Positions 47,001-57,888 of a stretch of DNA of 64,000 bases are shown here, in pieces (position 1 is the stretch's first letter; each line of letters starts with the position of its first letter). The notes beneath the pieces were generated by a model. The model made no database searches, was not told the origin of the DNA, and was given only the letters and a program-made list of their open reading frames with translations. Position numbers and translations under genes: made by a program. The stretch lies in the NCBI GenBank assembly GCA_000004985.1, contig GG738861.1, one strand, 5' to 3'. Source of the stretch: Naegleria gruberi (taxonomy: Eukaryota).

Positions 47001-49136
47001 AGCATTAATTAATGATGATTTCAATGTTGGACTATATCCTGTTGATCCAAGAATGGAATGAACCATTTCATCTAATTCATTTTCATCTTTTAAACGTTTC
47101 TTTAAATTTTCAACAATGAGAGTTTTAATGGTATCTGGAATTCTATCATCCTTCAAGAATACTTCCAATATTTCAACTTGAACTGCTTTACCTGCATTAT
47201 TTAATGCATGGAAATTAGTAGTCAATTCAGTTAATGTTGTTGATTCACCAATTCTAGTAATAATTTCCTTAACTATTTCTCTTTGAATTTTAACAGAACG
47301 AATTCTACTTGCTAAATCAGCATAGGCCATGAATGCATTCTTTTTAACATCTTGATTATTAATTTCATCTTTCAATTGTTGTTGTGAATTTTCTAATTTT
47401 AATCCCTTTGATTTCAATGATTTTAATAAACCAAATGAATGTTCAGTTGGATATGGAATTACAATTGAAGCATAAATGAAATTATGTGTCAAATATGGAT
47501 GCATACTTGATAATTTAACCAATGAATTTTGAATACGTTGTGATTTGATAGTTGCTACTAAATTTTGAATACTTTCTAAATAATTCTTCAATGATAAACG
47601 TTCTTCTTTTGATTTCTTTGAATTATTTGAATTATCATTTGATTTCTTATTATTATCTTTTGATTTCTTATTATTATCATTATTATCATTAATCATCATC
47701 TTATTTAATTGTTTAATTCCCTTTTCTAATTCATTTAATAAAATATCACCTGATTTGATTGGATGTAATTTACTATATTTAGCAAGTGCAGCTAATAAAA
47801 TATTTGAATTTCTAGATAGAGATGGATCTTGTTTACAACCATTCAATAATCTATTAAAATATTTTGATGAAAATTCTCTTCTCTTTAAACTCATCATTGA
47901 TTTTTTATCAAATTTGTTAATAGAAAATGAATTTTCAAAAGTAAATTCATTACCTAATTTAGCAGAACGACCATTCTTTTCTAAATTAATAATAGTTTCT
48001 TGAATTTCCTTTTCAAGATTTAATTTAACATTTTTAACTTGTTTCAATTCAATTTTACCAATAAATAAAGTTTCTAATTCACTTGTTGCATCTTGTTCTG
48101 GAAGTTTATCTTTTTGTGAAGATTTTGTTAATTTTTCAAATTCTTTAAAAGCATAATGTTTTTCATTTCCAATTTTGGAAGGACCAAATGTGAAATGAAT
48201 TTTCATTAAAGAATTTCTAATTAAATTCTTTCTAATAGAAACATTAACAATATGTGTTCCTTCATAATGTAAATGTCTCTTATTCACTGGAAGTGCTGTA
48301 ATAAAATCATCTTGATTATATTTTTGATGAATATTCAATGTACGTCTATTTTTAGTTAATTTACCAATTTGATAATTTCTATTATAGGATTTATGATAAC
48401 GACCTCCAAATCCATCAGTTTGTGAACGAGCTCTCTTTCTAGTTTCAGTTGTTAACATTCTAATAATACCTTTCTTAATAGAACGAATATAACGTTCTTC
48501 AGATTGTTTAAAAATTAAATTTTGAACGTGTCCACTTTGTGATTGTGTGAAAATGAATGGTTTCTTATTTAATTCACTTGTTAAATCTTTTCTAGCATCT
48601 AATTTACGATATTTCTTATTTGTACTAGTTCTACCTCTAAATTGATTAAATGTTACTTGATTAAATGTAACAAGAATAATATTCTTCTTCTTATTATCTT
48701 GTTGATCATTTAATTGAGTAGTTGTAGTAGTAGATGGATCAATAGATAAAGCCTTGTTTCTAATAGATTTTGAAGGACATGTTAAAATAATAGAACCAGA
48801 TATAATAGTTTCAGAACGACCTGATTGTCCTCTGTGAGATCCCTTCTTTGAAATACCACTATTACCAATTAATGTTGTTGTTTTAAATTGATATAATAAA
48901 CTCTTATTAGGTGGACATTTAATTGGAATGTAATTTTCATCCTTCTTTGAGATCGATTCGGTTACTTTCTTATTATTAGAGGTAGTAGTGATAGTTGCAG
49001 CGCTATTATTTCTACTTCTACTTCTACTACCATTAATTACTTTACTCTCAGCATTGAATATAACAATCATCAATATAAGAGCTAACATCAAGATGTAGTT
49101 CATCTTGTATTTACTCTTCCAAGTAATTGTTGACAT
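44011..49136 (-). CDS. Large (~1596 aa) secreted protein, unknown function; exons 46523..49136, 46109..46405, 45642..45986, 44011..45545
   Basis: Signal peptide (MNYILMLALILMIVIFNAES). 880-aa helical N-terminal exon ending in an R/G amphipathic repeat (RRVGSAIRRAARRVGGHLRRLG). Three phase-1 GT(A/T)TGT..AG introns checked. C-terminal exon has Q/P-rich linkers and a two-fold internal repeat (EVLEKVGIEKLRHLPDE / SVMEQVGIEYLRNLPEE). Confidence 0.55.
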
Positions 49137-49956
49137 TGTCAAGAGTGTCCGTTTGTTAATTTTTTAAAAAGATGAAGAAGAGTGTGTGATGAAATGATGT
49201 TGTTGTTGCATCAGTGAATGATGTTGTTGTATTGTGAAATGATAATGAAGAGATGATGAAATGCAGTCATGTCACTTGAGTGACATGTGACCCATGAATT
49301 TAAATTTAGCTTCAGTGAGGGCTAGAAATGTGAATTGGGTACTAGCAATAGTATTTAAAGTTCTCACCATTGTCTGAACTTTAAATACTATTGCTATCCG
49401 ACCGTATGGGTAAAATGTTGCATTGAATAATATTTAAAAATGTTAAAGTCAGTTGAGAGAATTTTCGTATAATTAATTTGCTGATGATATCTAATTAGGA
49501 AGGTGAAGAAATCAATTTTCAACAATAGTATTTGCTTAAATTTAATAAGGATTAGATTGGTATTGCTTAGAATATTAATGTGAATAGGTTTGTAGAAAAT
49601 TACTAAGTATTTGAATCGATTGTAAACGTTCCAAATAAGATGATAAATATTTCAATTTATCATAATTGTACTGTAAATGCATTGTCAGGAGTGTTCAAGA
49701 AATTTGGTTGGATGCTTGAAGGTCTATTGTAGTTCTTCCATGCATGACTTTGCCCTTGAGGGAATATTGAACAACAATGACCACAGCGCAAGTGGATGCA
49801 GCAAAATTCCGCATGTAAGAGACCACATTGAATGCTCATAATATATTACTAAAGAACATCTGTGGTTGTTGGCAAAAGTGTAGAGATATTAAGGAAGGCT
49901 TGTTGTGGCGTTGGCGCGTAAAATCCAAGGGTTGCAACTTTGCTTAGTGGCGCAGC

Positions 49957-49974
49957 GTTGTTGACGTCAACAAC
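49957..49974. promoter_or_regulatory. Perfect 18-bp palindrome GTTGTTGACGTCAACAAC containing a CRE-like TGACGTCA core, ~105 bp upstream of the cofilin ATG
   Basis: Exact reverse-complement symmetry, read directly from the sequence. Sits in a GC-richer block unusual for this genome. Confidence 0.3.
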
Positions 49975-49996
49975 AACATCCAGCAGCACCAAACAA

Positions 49997-50010
49997 CACC
50001 TGCGCAGGTG
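49997..50010. promoter_or_regulatory. Perfect 14-bp palindrome CACCTGCGCAGGTG (paired E-box-like half sites)
   Basis: Exact palindrome ~70 bp upstream of the cofilin ATG. Confidence 0.25.
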
Positions 50011-50080
50011 CCTTATTGCTTGGGAGTGCCGTTAACGGAGAACCTTATTACAATTAACAACACAAAAAAATACAGCAACC

Positions 50081-50536
50081 ATGGTTGACGCAGGAGTTGT
50101 AGTTGATGATAATTGCATTGAGCAATTCAAAGCCTTCCACCAAAAGTCTTCAAACGTTAGATTGATTGTCTTCTCTATCAATGAAGTAGGTGATAAGGTT
50201 GAAGTCGCCAAACAAGTAGAAAAGGGAGGTGATTGTGATACCTGGGAAACTTTGTGTACCAACTTGCTCGGCACTGAATATGCTGAAAAGTCATGTTGGG
50301 TTGTTTACAATTTGGAAATGACGAAGGAAGACCAAGGTGTAGAAAGACAAATCTCCAAGCTCATCTTCCTCCACTGGGTTCCATCCAAGACTAAGCTCAA
50401 GTTTAAGATGTTGATGTCTTCAACCAAGCAAACTCTCTTCACTAAGCTCGGTTGTTCTATGGTTAACATTGAAGGTACTCACCTTTCTGACATTTCTGAA
50501 AAGAACATTTTGGACAAACTCAAGAGTTCTATCTAA
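50081..50536 (+). CDS. Cofilin/ADF-family actin-depolymerising protein
   Basis: ADF-H domain. SKLIFLHWVPSKTKLKFKMLMSSTKQTLFTKL matches cofilin S-KiifI-WsPd-a-v-sKMlYasSKdal-kkl. Single exon. Confidence 0.8.
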   Translation: MVDAGVVVDDNCIEQFKAFHQKSSNVRLIVFSINEVGDKVEVAKQVEKGGDCDTWETLCTNLLGTEYAEKSCWVVYNLEMTKEDQGVERQISKLIFLHWVPSKTKLKFKMLMSSTKQTLFTKLGCSMVNIEGTHLSDISEKNILDKLKSSI

Positions 50537-50812
50537 ATCATTTTCACCTTGTATAACATTACTAAATAAAAAATTTCATTATTTTTGTAACTTAAATAGT
50601 ATGATGCATCATTATTATCTGCATCATGGTTTTCTTCGGTGCCCTATCAATATTAGATTATTGAATGATTGTGTGAGATTAAATTGAGAGAGATTAAAGC
50701 CTTAATAAAAAATATTCGCTCATTATCACCATTGAATGTAATAGTAGAGTGGTTAATCATCATCCATCGGAACATTCCTTGAACATTTAATCATCAGAAC
50801 CTGAATATAAAA

Positions 50813-51250
50813 ATGCAAAATATTAAAACAGTAATTGATGAAAATGAACAATTAAAACATGATAATTTTGATTTACAATTAAAATTATTTCATGCAACCA
50901 ATAATCAATTAATTAATAATTCATCATCATCTAATAATAATTTAATAATTAATAATAAAGAATTAAATAATATAATATGTAATAATCATGAAACAATAAT
51001 AGATAAAGAATTACCTTTAAATAAAAATATAAATGAAATTATAAATAATAGATTAGAATATTCAAATCAAGAATTAATTAAAATAGTACAAAATCAACAA
51101 TTAGAATTAAAACAATTAAATTTAAAATATTCAAAATCAAAACAAATAATTAAAGAATTAAATCAACAATTAAATCAATATAAATTACAAAATGTTCAAT
51201 TAAATAGAGAATTAATTAAATTAAAAGTTATGAATCAATCAAAAGAATAA
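50813..51250 (+). CDS. N/Q-rich coiled-coil small protein (hypothetical)
   Basis: 145-aa ORF, low complexity with heptad-like L/I spacing. Weak. Confidence 0.3.
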   Translation: MQNIKTVIDENEQLKHDNFDLQLKLFHATNNQLINNSSSSNNNLIINNKELNNIICNNHETIIDKELPLNKNINEIINNRLEYSNQELIKIVQNQQLELKQLNLKYSKSKQIIKELNQQLNQYKLQNVQLNRELIKLKVMNQSKE

Positions 51251-51662
51251 AATTGTAATATTTATTGTAATAATTCAATAAAATGTTTTCCATGAGAAGA
51301 ATGAACTATTCTATTTTTAAAATGTCATTCCTCTCTAAGTATGACGGTTGAGTCTAGAATTGAAACAACATAATATATTCATAAAAATTAGATCAATTTT
51401 GTATTACCACACAAAAGCCATTTGTTGAGTTCTTTGAATCGGACCAATTTTTGTATTCTACTTCTAATAATAATAATACTACTTGTATTTCATCAACAAT
51501 AACAAATTTTTGTATATAATTGTATCATAATATCATCAACTATTACTAGAGTTAATAATTTCATCATCAGTATCATCCATTAACACATTCACTGAATAAT
51601 TATTCACTAACATATCAATAACATATATTCAATAACATATTCATAATAATAATAATAACAAA

Positions 51663-52626
51663 ATGAAATTTAAAGTATCACTTCCAATTAATAATTCAAC
51701 AATTGTAATGGATTTTCCAACATTAACATCAAGTAAAACATTGGATGAATTTGTAAATTTAATATTATTACATGATCAATTACCTCTTTCATTAAAAACA
51801 TGTGCATTATCATTAAAAATTGGATTTCCACCAACAAAATTAGATTTAGACTCACAATCACAAAAAACTTTACAAGAATTAAAAATTTCAAATGGTGAAA
51901 AATTAATTATTGAAGAAGATACTGGTAATAATACAAATAGAATTATTAAAGGTAAAACTATTGGTCCATATGTACCTCCTTCAAATAATCAAGGTTTGTT
52001 TTTTATATTTTTATTAATTTTATTAATAATAATTTTAATAATAATTTTATATATAATAATTTAAATAATAATTTTAATTAATTTTAATAATAATAATTTA
52101 AATATTATTAATAGGATATTTTGTTAGAAGAAAACAACCATCTGATAATTCATGTTTATTTCATAGTTTATCCTATGTATTAGAACAAAAAGATAATACT
52201 AAAGTTCATCAATTAAGAGAATTATGTGCTAATTATGTAGCAGAGAATCCTAAAAGATTTACAAAAGAAGTATTAGAAATGAGACCAATTGAATATGCTA
52301 ATTGGATACTTCATGATCAAACATGGGGAGGTGCCATTGAAATTTCCATTCTATCTGAACATTATAAAGTTAGAATTGTTGCATTTGATACAACTACATG
52401 TAGAGAGGATGTTTATGGAAGTGATCATGATGAATATAATGCAATGGCTTTAATTATTTATACTGGTAATCATTATGATGCTCTATCTTTAAATCAATTT
52501 GGTGATAGTGGTTCATCTGATAAGGATATCACTCTATTTCATATTAAGGATACTGTTATTATGAGTAAGGCAAGAGCCTACGTTGAAGAAGAACATAAAA
52601 GATATTTATCAAATAATAGAAAATAA
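51663..52626 (+). CDS. OTU-domain deubiquitinase (OTU1/YOD1-like) with N-terminal ubiquitin-like domain; exons 51663..51993, 52115..52626
   Basis: N-terminal UBX/Ub-like fold (MKFKVSLPINNSTIVMDF...KISNGEKLIIEE). OTU core: DNSCLFHSLSYVL (catalytic Cys), GGAIEISILSEHY, GNHYDAL (His). GTTTGT..AG intron, phase 1. Confidence 0.7.
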
Positions 52627-53154
52627 TAAATATATTATTATTATAATTATGAGTATATTATTTTAATACATGTAATTATTGTATTGAATAATATTGAGAA
52701 TCTAATTTACAGTAATTAAAAGTATTAGTGGTGTGTGATTAAATTTTAAGGTTGGTGGTACCACCAAATTTCAAAACCAAAATAGTTTAATTTACCACAA
52801 ATATTATTACTCCGATAAGGACCAATTATCCAATTAACACTTGCAACTATTCAAAATCACACCATTCAGGTTCCATTGTGATTCAAGTGTTGCACACAAT
52901 CATTGCTTACTCCTAGAAAACAAAAAGTAAAAACGCGAAATCACAATCGTCTCTTTGTGTGTTACATTGTTCTAATTTATTTTAAAATAACAGTTGATTC
53001 TTCTTGGATTGAAATATTATTAAAAAGAAACACAACTTTGTAACCATCAATTTAACCATCATCACCCGATCTATATTATATTTCTATCTGAAATCTCTCT
53101 TGTTGTCAACCACTTTTACTGTTTTTAATATAATATAAAATTATTTGTAATAAT

Positions 53155-53952
53155 ATGATAAATAATCATCAACAACAAAATTCCATACCACTATTAGAAT
53201 CTGATCATCAAAGAAGATCATCAGTTGATAATGGTGAAGTACACATTTCGGAATCAACCTATTATACACAAATGATACAATTAGATGATCAAAATCAACA
53301 TCAACAAGATGAATTAAAATCATCAGATTTAATGAGTTTATCAAGTACATTACCTGATATTAATCAAAATCAAAATCAAAAATTAACAAGAAAACAATTA
53401 ATATTTAAATATTTAAATTTAATTAAAAGATTTACATTTGGTAATAGAAGATTAAAATCCTATATAATGACATGTGCTAAATTCTTTAGTATTACATTTA
53501 CACAAGCTAATAATTTATTTGAATTAGATAAAACAAATACAGATGTAGCACTTATAAAAAGTATTGAAATAATATCATATACATTTATGGCATTATTATT
53601 ATTATCATTTACAGAAAGATATATTAGGGAATGTTATTGTGCAGCTAAACAAATTAATTTAAATGTTATTATTAATTATATTGAAGCTGGTATTTTCTTT
53701 TTATATTTTGCATTTTCAAGTGTTACAGCTATTATTCATTTAGTTTTTATTGGTAGGGCTGCAAATGATCCAATTAAACCATATGATTCTACTAAAATTG
53801 GTTTGGGTATTTTTGCTATTTTAATTAATTATTATATTATTATGGAAAAGGCTTGGATTTATTTTAAGGCTTCAAAGGCTTCTGTTAGTTTATATTTAGC
53901 TAAAGGTACTCCCATTCCAAATCCAAATTCAAAACATTTTAAAAAAAAATAA
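53155..53952 (+). CDS. Multi-pass membrane protein, unknown function
   Basis: 265-aa ORF with Q/N-rich N-terminus and 3-4 hydrophobic helices. Confidence 0.35.
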   Translation: MINNHQQQNSIPLLESDHQRRSSVDNGEVHISESTYYTQMIQLDDQNQHQQDELKSSDLMSLSSTLPDINQNQNQKLTRKQLIFKYLNLIKRFTFGNRRLKSYIMTCAKFFSITFTQANNLFELDKTNTDVALIKSIEIISYTFMALLLLSFTERYIRECYCAAKQINLNVIINYIEAGIFFLYFAFSSVTAIIHLVFIGRAANDPIKPYDSTKIGLGIFAILINYYIIMEKAWIYFKASKASVSLYLAKGTPIPNPNSKHFKKK

Positions 53953-54109
53953 ATTAATTACTCTGATTTTCAAATATTATAATAGATTAAAAATAATACG
54001 TGAGACTTAAATTTAAAAAGCATAAAAATTATTGAATAATCAAGACATTCCACCCGAATACATTTTTTGCAGCTATTTTTCCGCAGCCAAGTAGGAGCCA
54101 ATAGTGTGG

Positions 54110-54340
54110 ACAAGGCATTCAACTTTTAAAAGTTGGTGGCTAGTTAGCACCCAACTTTCGCTTCTTAGGTGTGAAAGTTATGTGTAAACTAGTTGGGGGC
54201 TAACTTTTTCCTCAACTTTTATAAAGTGGACAGTAAAAGTTGGGTGCTGTCTTTAAATTAGTTAAGGGTTATCTTTTAAGGCTCACTTTTCACTTCTTTT
54301 TTCACACAGTACTCACACAAGACCAACTTTGAAATTCAAA
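54110..54340 (+). repeat. Dispersed repeat copy A (~230 bp), related to copy B at 56090..56300
   Basis: Shared colinear motifs with B: gttagcacc, ggct(a/c)actttt, aaaagt(t/g)ggtgctg(t/a)cttt. About 65-75% identity by eye, same orientation. Confidence 0.4.
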
Positions 54341-56089
54341 TAAATAAACTTTATTGTAATAATTATACTTTAACTGGTAAATATATTAACCAAGCTGAAT
54401 GATGTCACACATTGTAAATATAACAGAGTTACGATAATTAAATTATAATTAATCTAATTAATTATAAACCATCAATAGTATTGCTAATAGATTTGAAATT
54501 AGATTGTTAATTATGAATAGATTTGAAACTATGGATATTTAGCAAGTGGTATCGTAAATTCCACAAATAGAAACATAAAGTAGAATAGTAGTAGAGAACA
54601 TAAATGACAATATTAGTAATAAATTGATAATGTAGTTGTAACAATTACTGTAATAGAATAATAATTCTAAATAAATATGAATAGTATCATTGAGAATAAA
54701 TATGTAGTGGTGAATAACCAGTAGATTTTCCACATCTTTTATCAATAACAACAAGTATGATTAATATGAGAAAAATTAATAACAAACCTATTTCAAAAGA
54801 ATGGAAGGACGCTTCAACATTCTAGTGAAGGAAGATATGACATCTGTATGAAATGATCTCAATCATTATTCAATATACTTACTCTGAATTGATGGCTGCA
54901 ATTTTACCATCTCTGGCACGTTTGACGATTGAGGTGTTTCCAATTCTCATGAATTAGGAGCTTGTTATTGATGAAATGTGTGTGATAACACTAACTACTA
55001 ACCTGCTTGAATTTAACCAACCTGGAAATAATATCAACATTTCTTTCTGTCTCTGTGATGAATTAGAGACATTCAATAGATTAAGCTTGCGACTATTGTA
55101 GTCTCCGTTTCAAAGTGTTGGAAGCATCTTTGTACAAAGGCTTGTTTTCTTCTCCCCACATTTTTCAATATAATTCCTCAACCCTCATCATATCTTGATG
55201 TTGTTACTACTATCGGCATCTTCCATTGAAATGTCTAATCCCCCGATCTCTTCACTTCCATTTAATTCTTCATCACTCTCCTCCGAATCATCACTCTCCG
55301 AAAAAACAATCTTTTTCTTCTTGGTTATCCTCTCTTTCATACACAAGCATTCTTATTCTTCCACCATCTTTTCCTATTATCTTTATGTAGAACTGTGAAA
55401 GGTCTTCTGATTAAGACATTTTTTTAAAATACAAAAAATCAAATGGCGGGAAGTAAAAAAGCAAACAAAAAAATGTCCATACAAGAAGACCCTTTCTGAA
55501 TCTATCTCAGCCTTCATCATCTTCTGAGAAGCTCTCAGCTACATCTAAAAAGACGTCATCTCAAAACAAAAACCACCAAGAATCAACAAGGTGAAAAAGA
55601 GGCTTCGAGTAAAGAACCTTTCAACCCAAAATTGTATTTCGAATTCAAGCTAATGTTTGTTGAGATGCTGAGAAAGGTGAGCAGGTAGCCTTCAAAGTTT
55701 ATTGGAAAAGAGATTGTTACTGAAAAGTTAGATTGCAAGATGCAATTATTTGAACAATATTCTTGGAATACTGCTTGTCGTGGAGACATTTACTATAGAA
55801 AAACAATATCATTGGAAGAGTTGAAAAGAAAGGCCAAGCATGAGATGATGAAACCCCAAAAAGTGCTATGTACTAGTTCAGATTCAAATCCATCCAAGAG
55901 AAAGAAGTCTAATCATCAAGAATCTGATGGAGAAATTGAGGAAGATGGCAATGGAGAGCAGCTTAATGAGGAAGAAGATTCACAAAATTAATTCTAATAG
56001 TAAAAATTGTAATATAATAAAGAAGGTTAAATCATATATTCGAATCAATTGAATATACCCAAGTCAACCTTAATTGAACTGGAAAAAAT

Positions 56090-56300
56090 TTTACAAGTCG
56101 GACTGCCTCCTTGTTAGCACCTTACTTTTACACCTAACTTTTCCAAAATTAAGGATGCAAGTTGAGGCTTAAAGTCGGTGGCTCACTTTTGATATCATCT
56201 TTTCAAAAGTGAGAGTAATATATGGAGGCTAAAATGTTTGGTGCTGACTTTCACTGCTCACTTTTAAAAACTCAGAGCATTTTAGTTTATTCGGGCAAGT
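56090..56300 (+). repeat. Dispersed repeat copy B
   Basis: See copy A. The two flank ~1.8 kb of moderately GC-rich, non-intergenic-looking sequence containing only broken ORFs. Confidence 0.4.
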
Positions 56301-57888
56301 TGAATGATGTTCTTCTCTCTTGATTTTCTTGGAAATGAGTAAACAATAAATTCACTAGCTCTAGGCGCCAAATCCTTAATTAAATAAGCACATGTCATCA
56401 GGGAGGATCAAAAAAGTCGAGATGAGCTTTGATTTTTTTTTTATGAATAGAAATACAACATATTTACAAATGTTTTGTTCCTTGTCTCAATACCTTACAA
56501 TTACTGTTCCCACTTTTTTGATTCCACAAGACAAAATTCTGCCTTCATCATTCCAAAAAATAAAAATCTCCTTCAAACTTATATAAACTGTCACATTTAA
56601 ATTATCCAAATTATGATACTAAGTATGCAATCAATATGGGTTGATTCAGAAAGAATGGTAACCTTCAATGGTTCTTCTACCATCTCTTACAGAATGTTAG
56701 TGTGGTGAATCTACTAGGCGTTTCCAAATACCACATAATAACAAAATATAATGTAAGTATACAACAAATATATCCAACACTGAAAGTTTGAATTATGGTA
56801 ATATTAACATAGAGACGGAATTTAAAATGTAACACCGCTAGTAAAATGATATAGTATTGTATCATTGGAAACATCGGGTCACTAGTTTTTACAAAGCATA
56901 TTTCGTATATTATACTGGAGTAGCATAAAAATACATTTATCATTTCTTAAGCGTCTGTTATATACATACGTATTCCCTTACCGAACATATCTTTCATTCT
57001 TGCGCAAATGTGTGGATCGCAAAGTAATAAAATTCAACATGTAATCGTCAAAGTTCGGTTGAATTATTAACATCTTAGATATAGGTAATAGAGGTCATCA
57101 CTAAAATATCCCAATCTCTGCACTGTGGTCAGAACAGTGACCGCCACATTAATAATTGTGAAAATTGTAACAATATTCACAAAATAACTTTTTGAATTTA
57201 CCAATCATCGCTAAATGTTTCCACAAATACAAGTAACAAACCAAACAATGATAGTCATGACTTGAATATCCACTGAAATTACGTAAACTGTAATTTGTTA
57301 TTATACCACAAGAATGTTTAAGAAACACTTTTACTTTTGCCCCAATCAAGGTGTGTAGAATTATTTATTCACAGTTTGGTTTTGTGGAATATTTCTCTAA
57401 GTTTCTGAATTATAAACTAAATTTCCTTTCTTGTTAATACCTTTCAAATAAAGAACAAAAGTCAAGAAAATGAATCTAATATCACACTTTGTGAGATCTC
57501 AACTAATGAAGACTATTTTTGATCGTTGGCCAATGAGAAAGTTTGGAACCATGTTCCATATTTTAGAAAAGGAAAGACAGCTCATACTTATTCGAAAATT
57601 GAGTGTATTGTGGTCCAACATTACAAAATATCTGAAAAGGTTATTCAGCATGGTAGAGTTTAATGAAACTGCAATTATTTAGGCTCAACAGATCAGTGAT
57701 ATGACTAACAACTGTATTAAGATCCATCTTGGAGTATTTCATCTATTTCAACAATCTAGAACCAGTTGTCTTGAAGTTTACAATTTTATTAATTTACAAT
57801 TCAATTTCATCATTGTTTTCTTCTTCAATTACTTTCATTTTTGGATGAAATATTGGAGATGATTCACATTCATTATTATCATCATCTT

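Noticed and set aside
52626-53150. Possible tRNA near 'ggtggtaccaccaaatttcaaaacc' (~52750)
   Set aside because: It is only a short palindrome (GGTGGTACCACC). No acceptor/T-arm architecture could be drawn.
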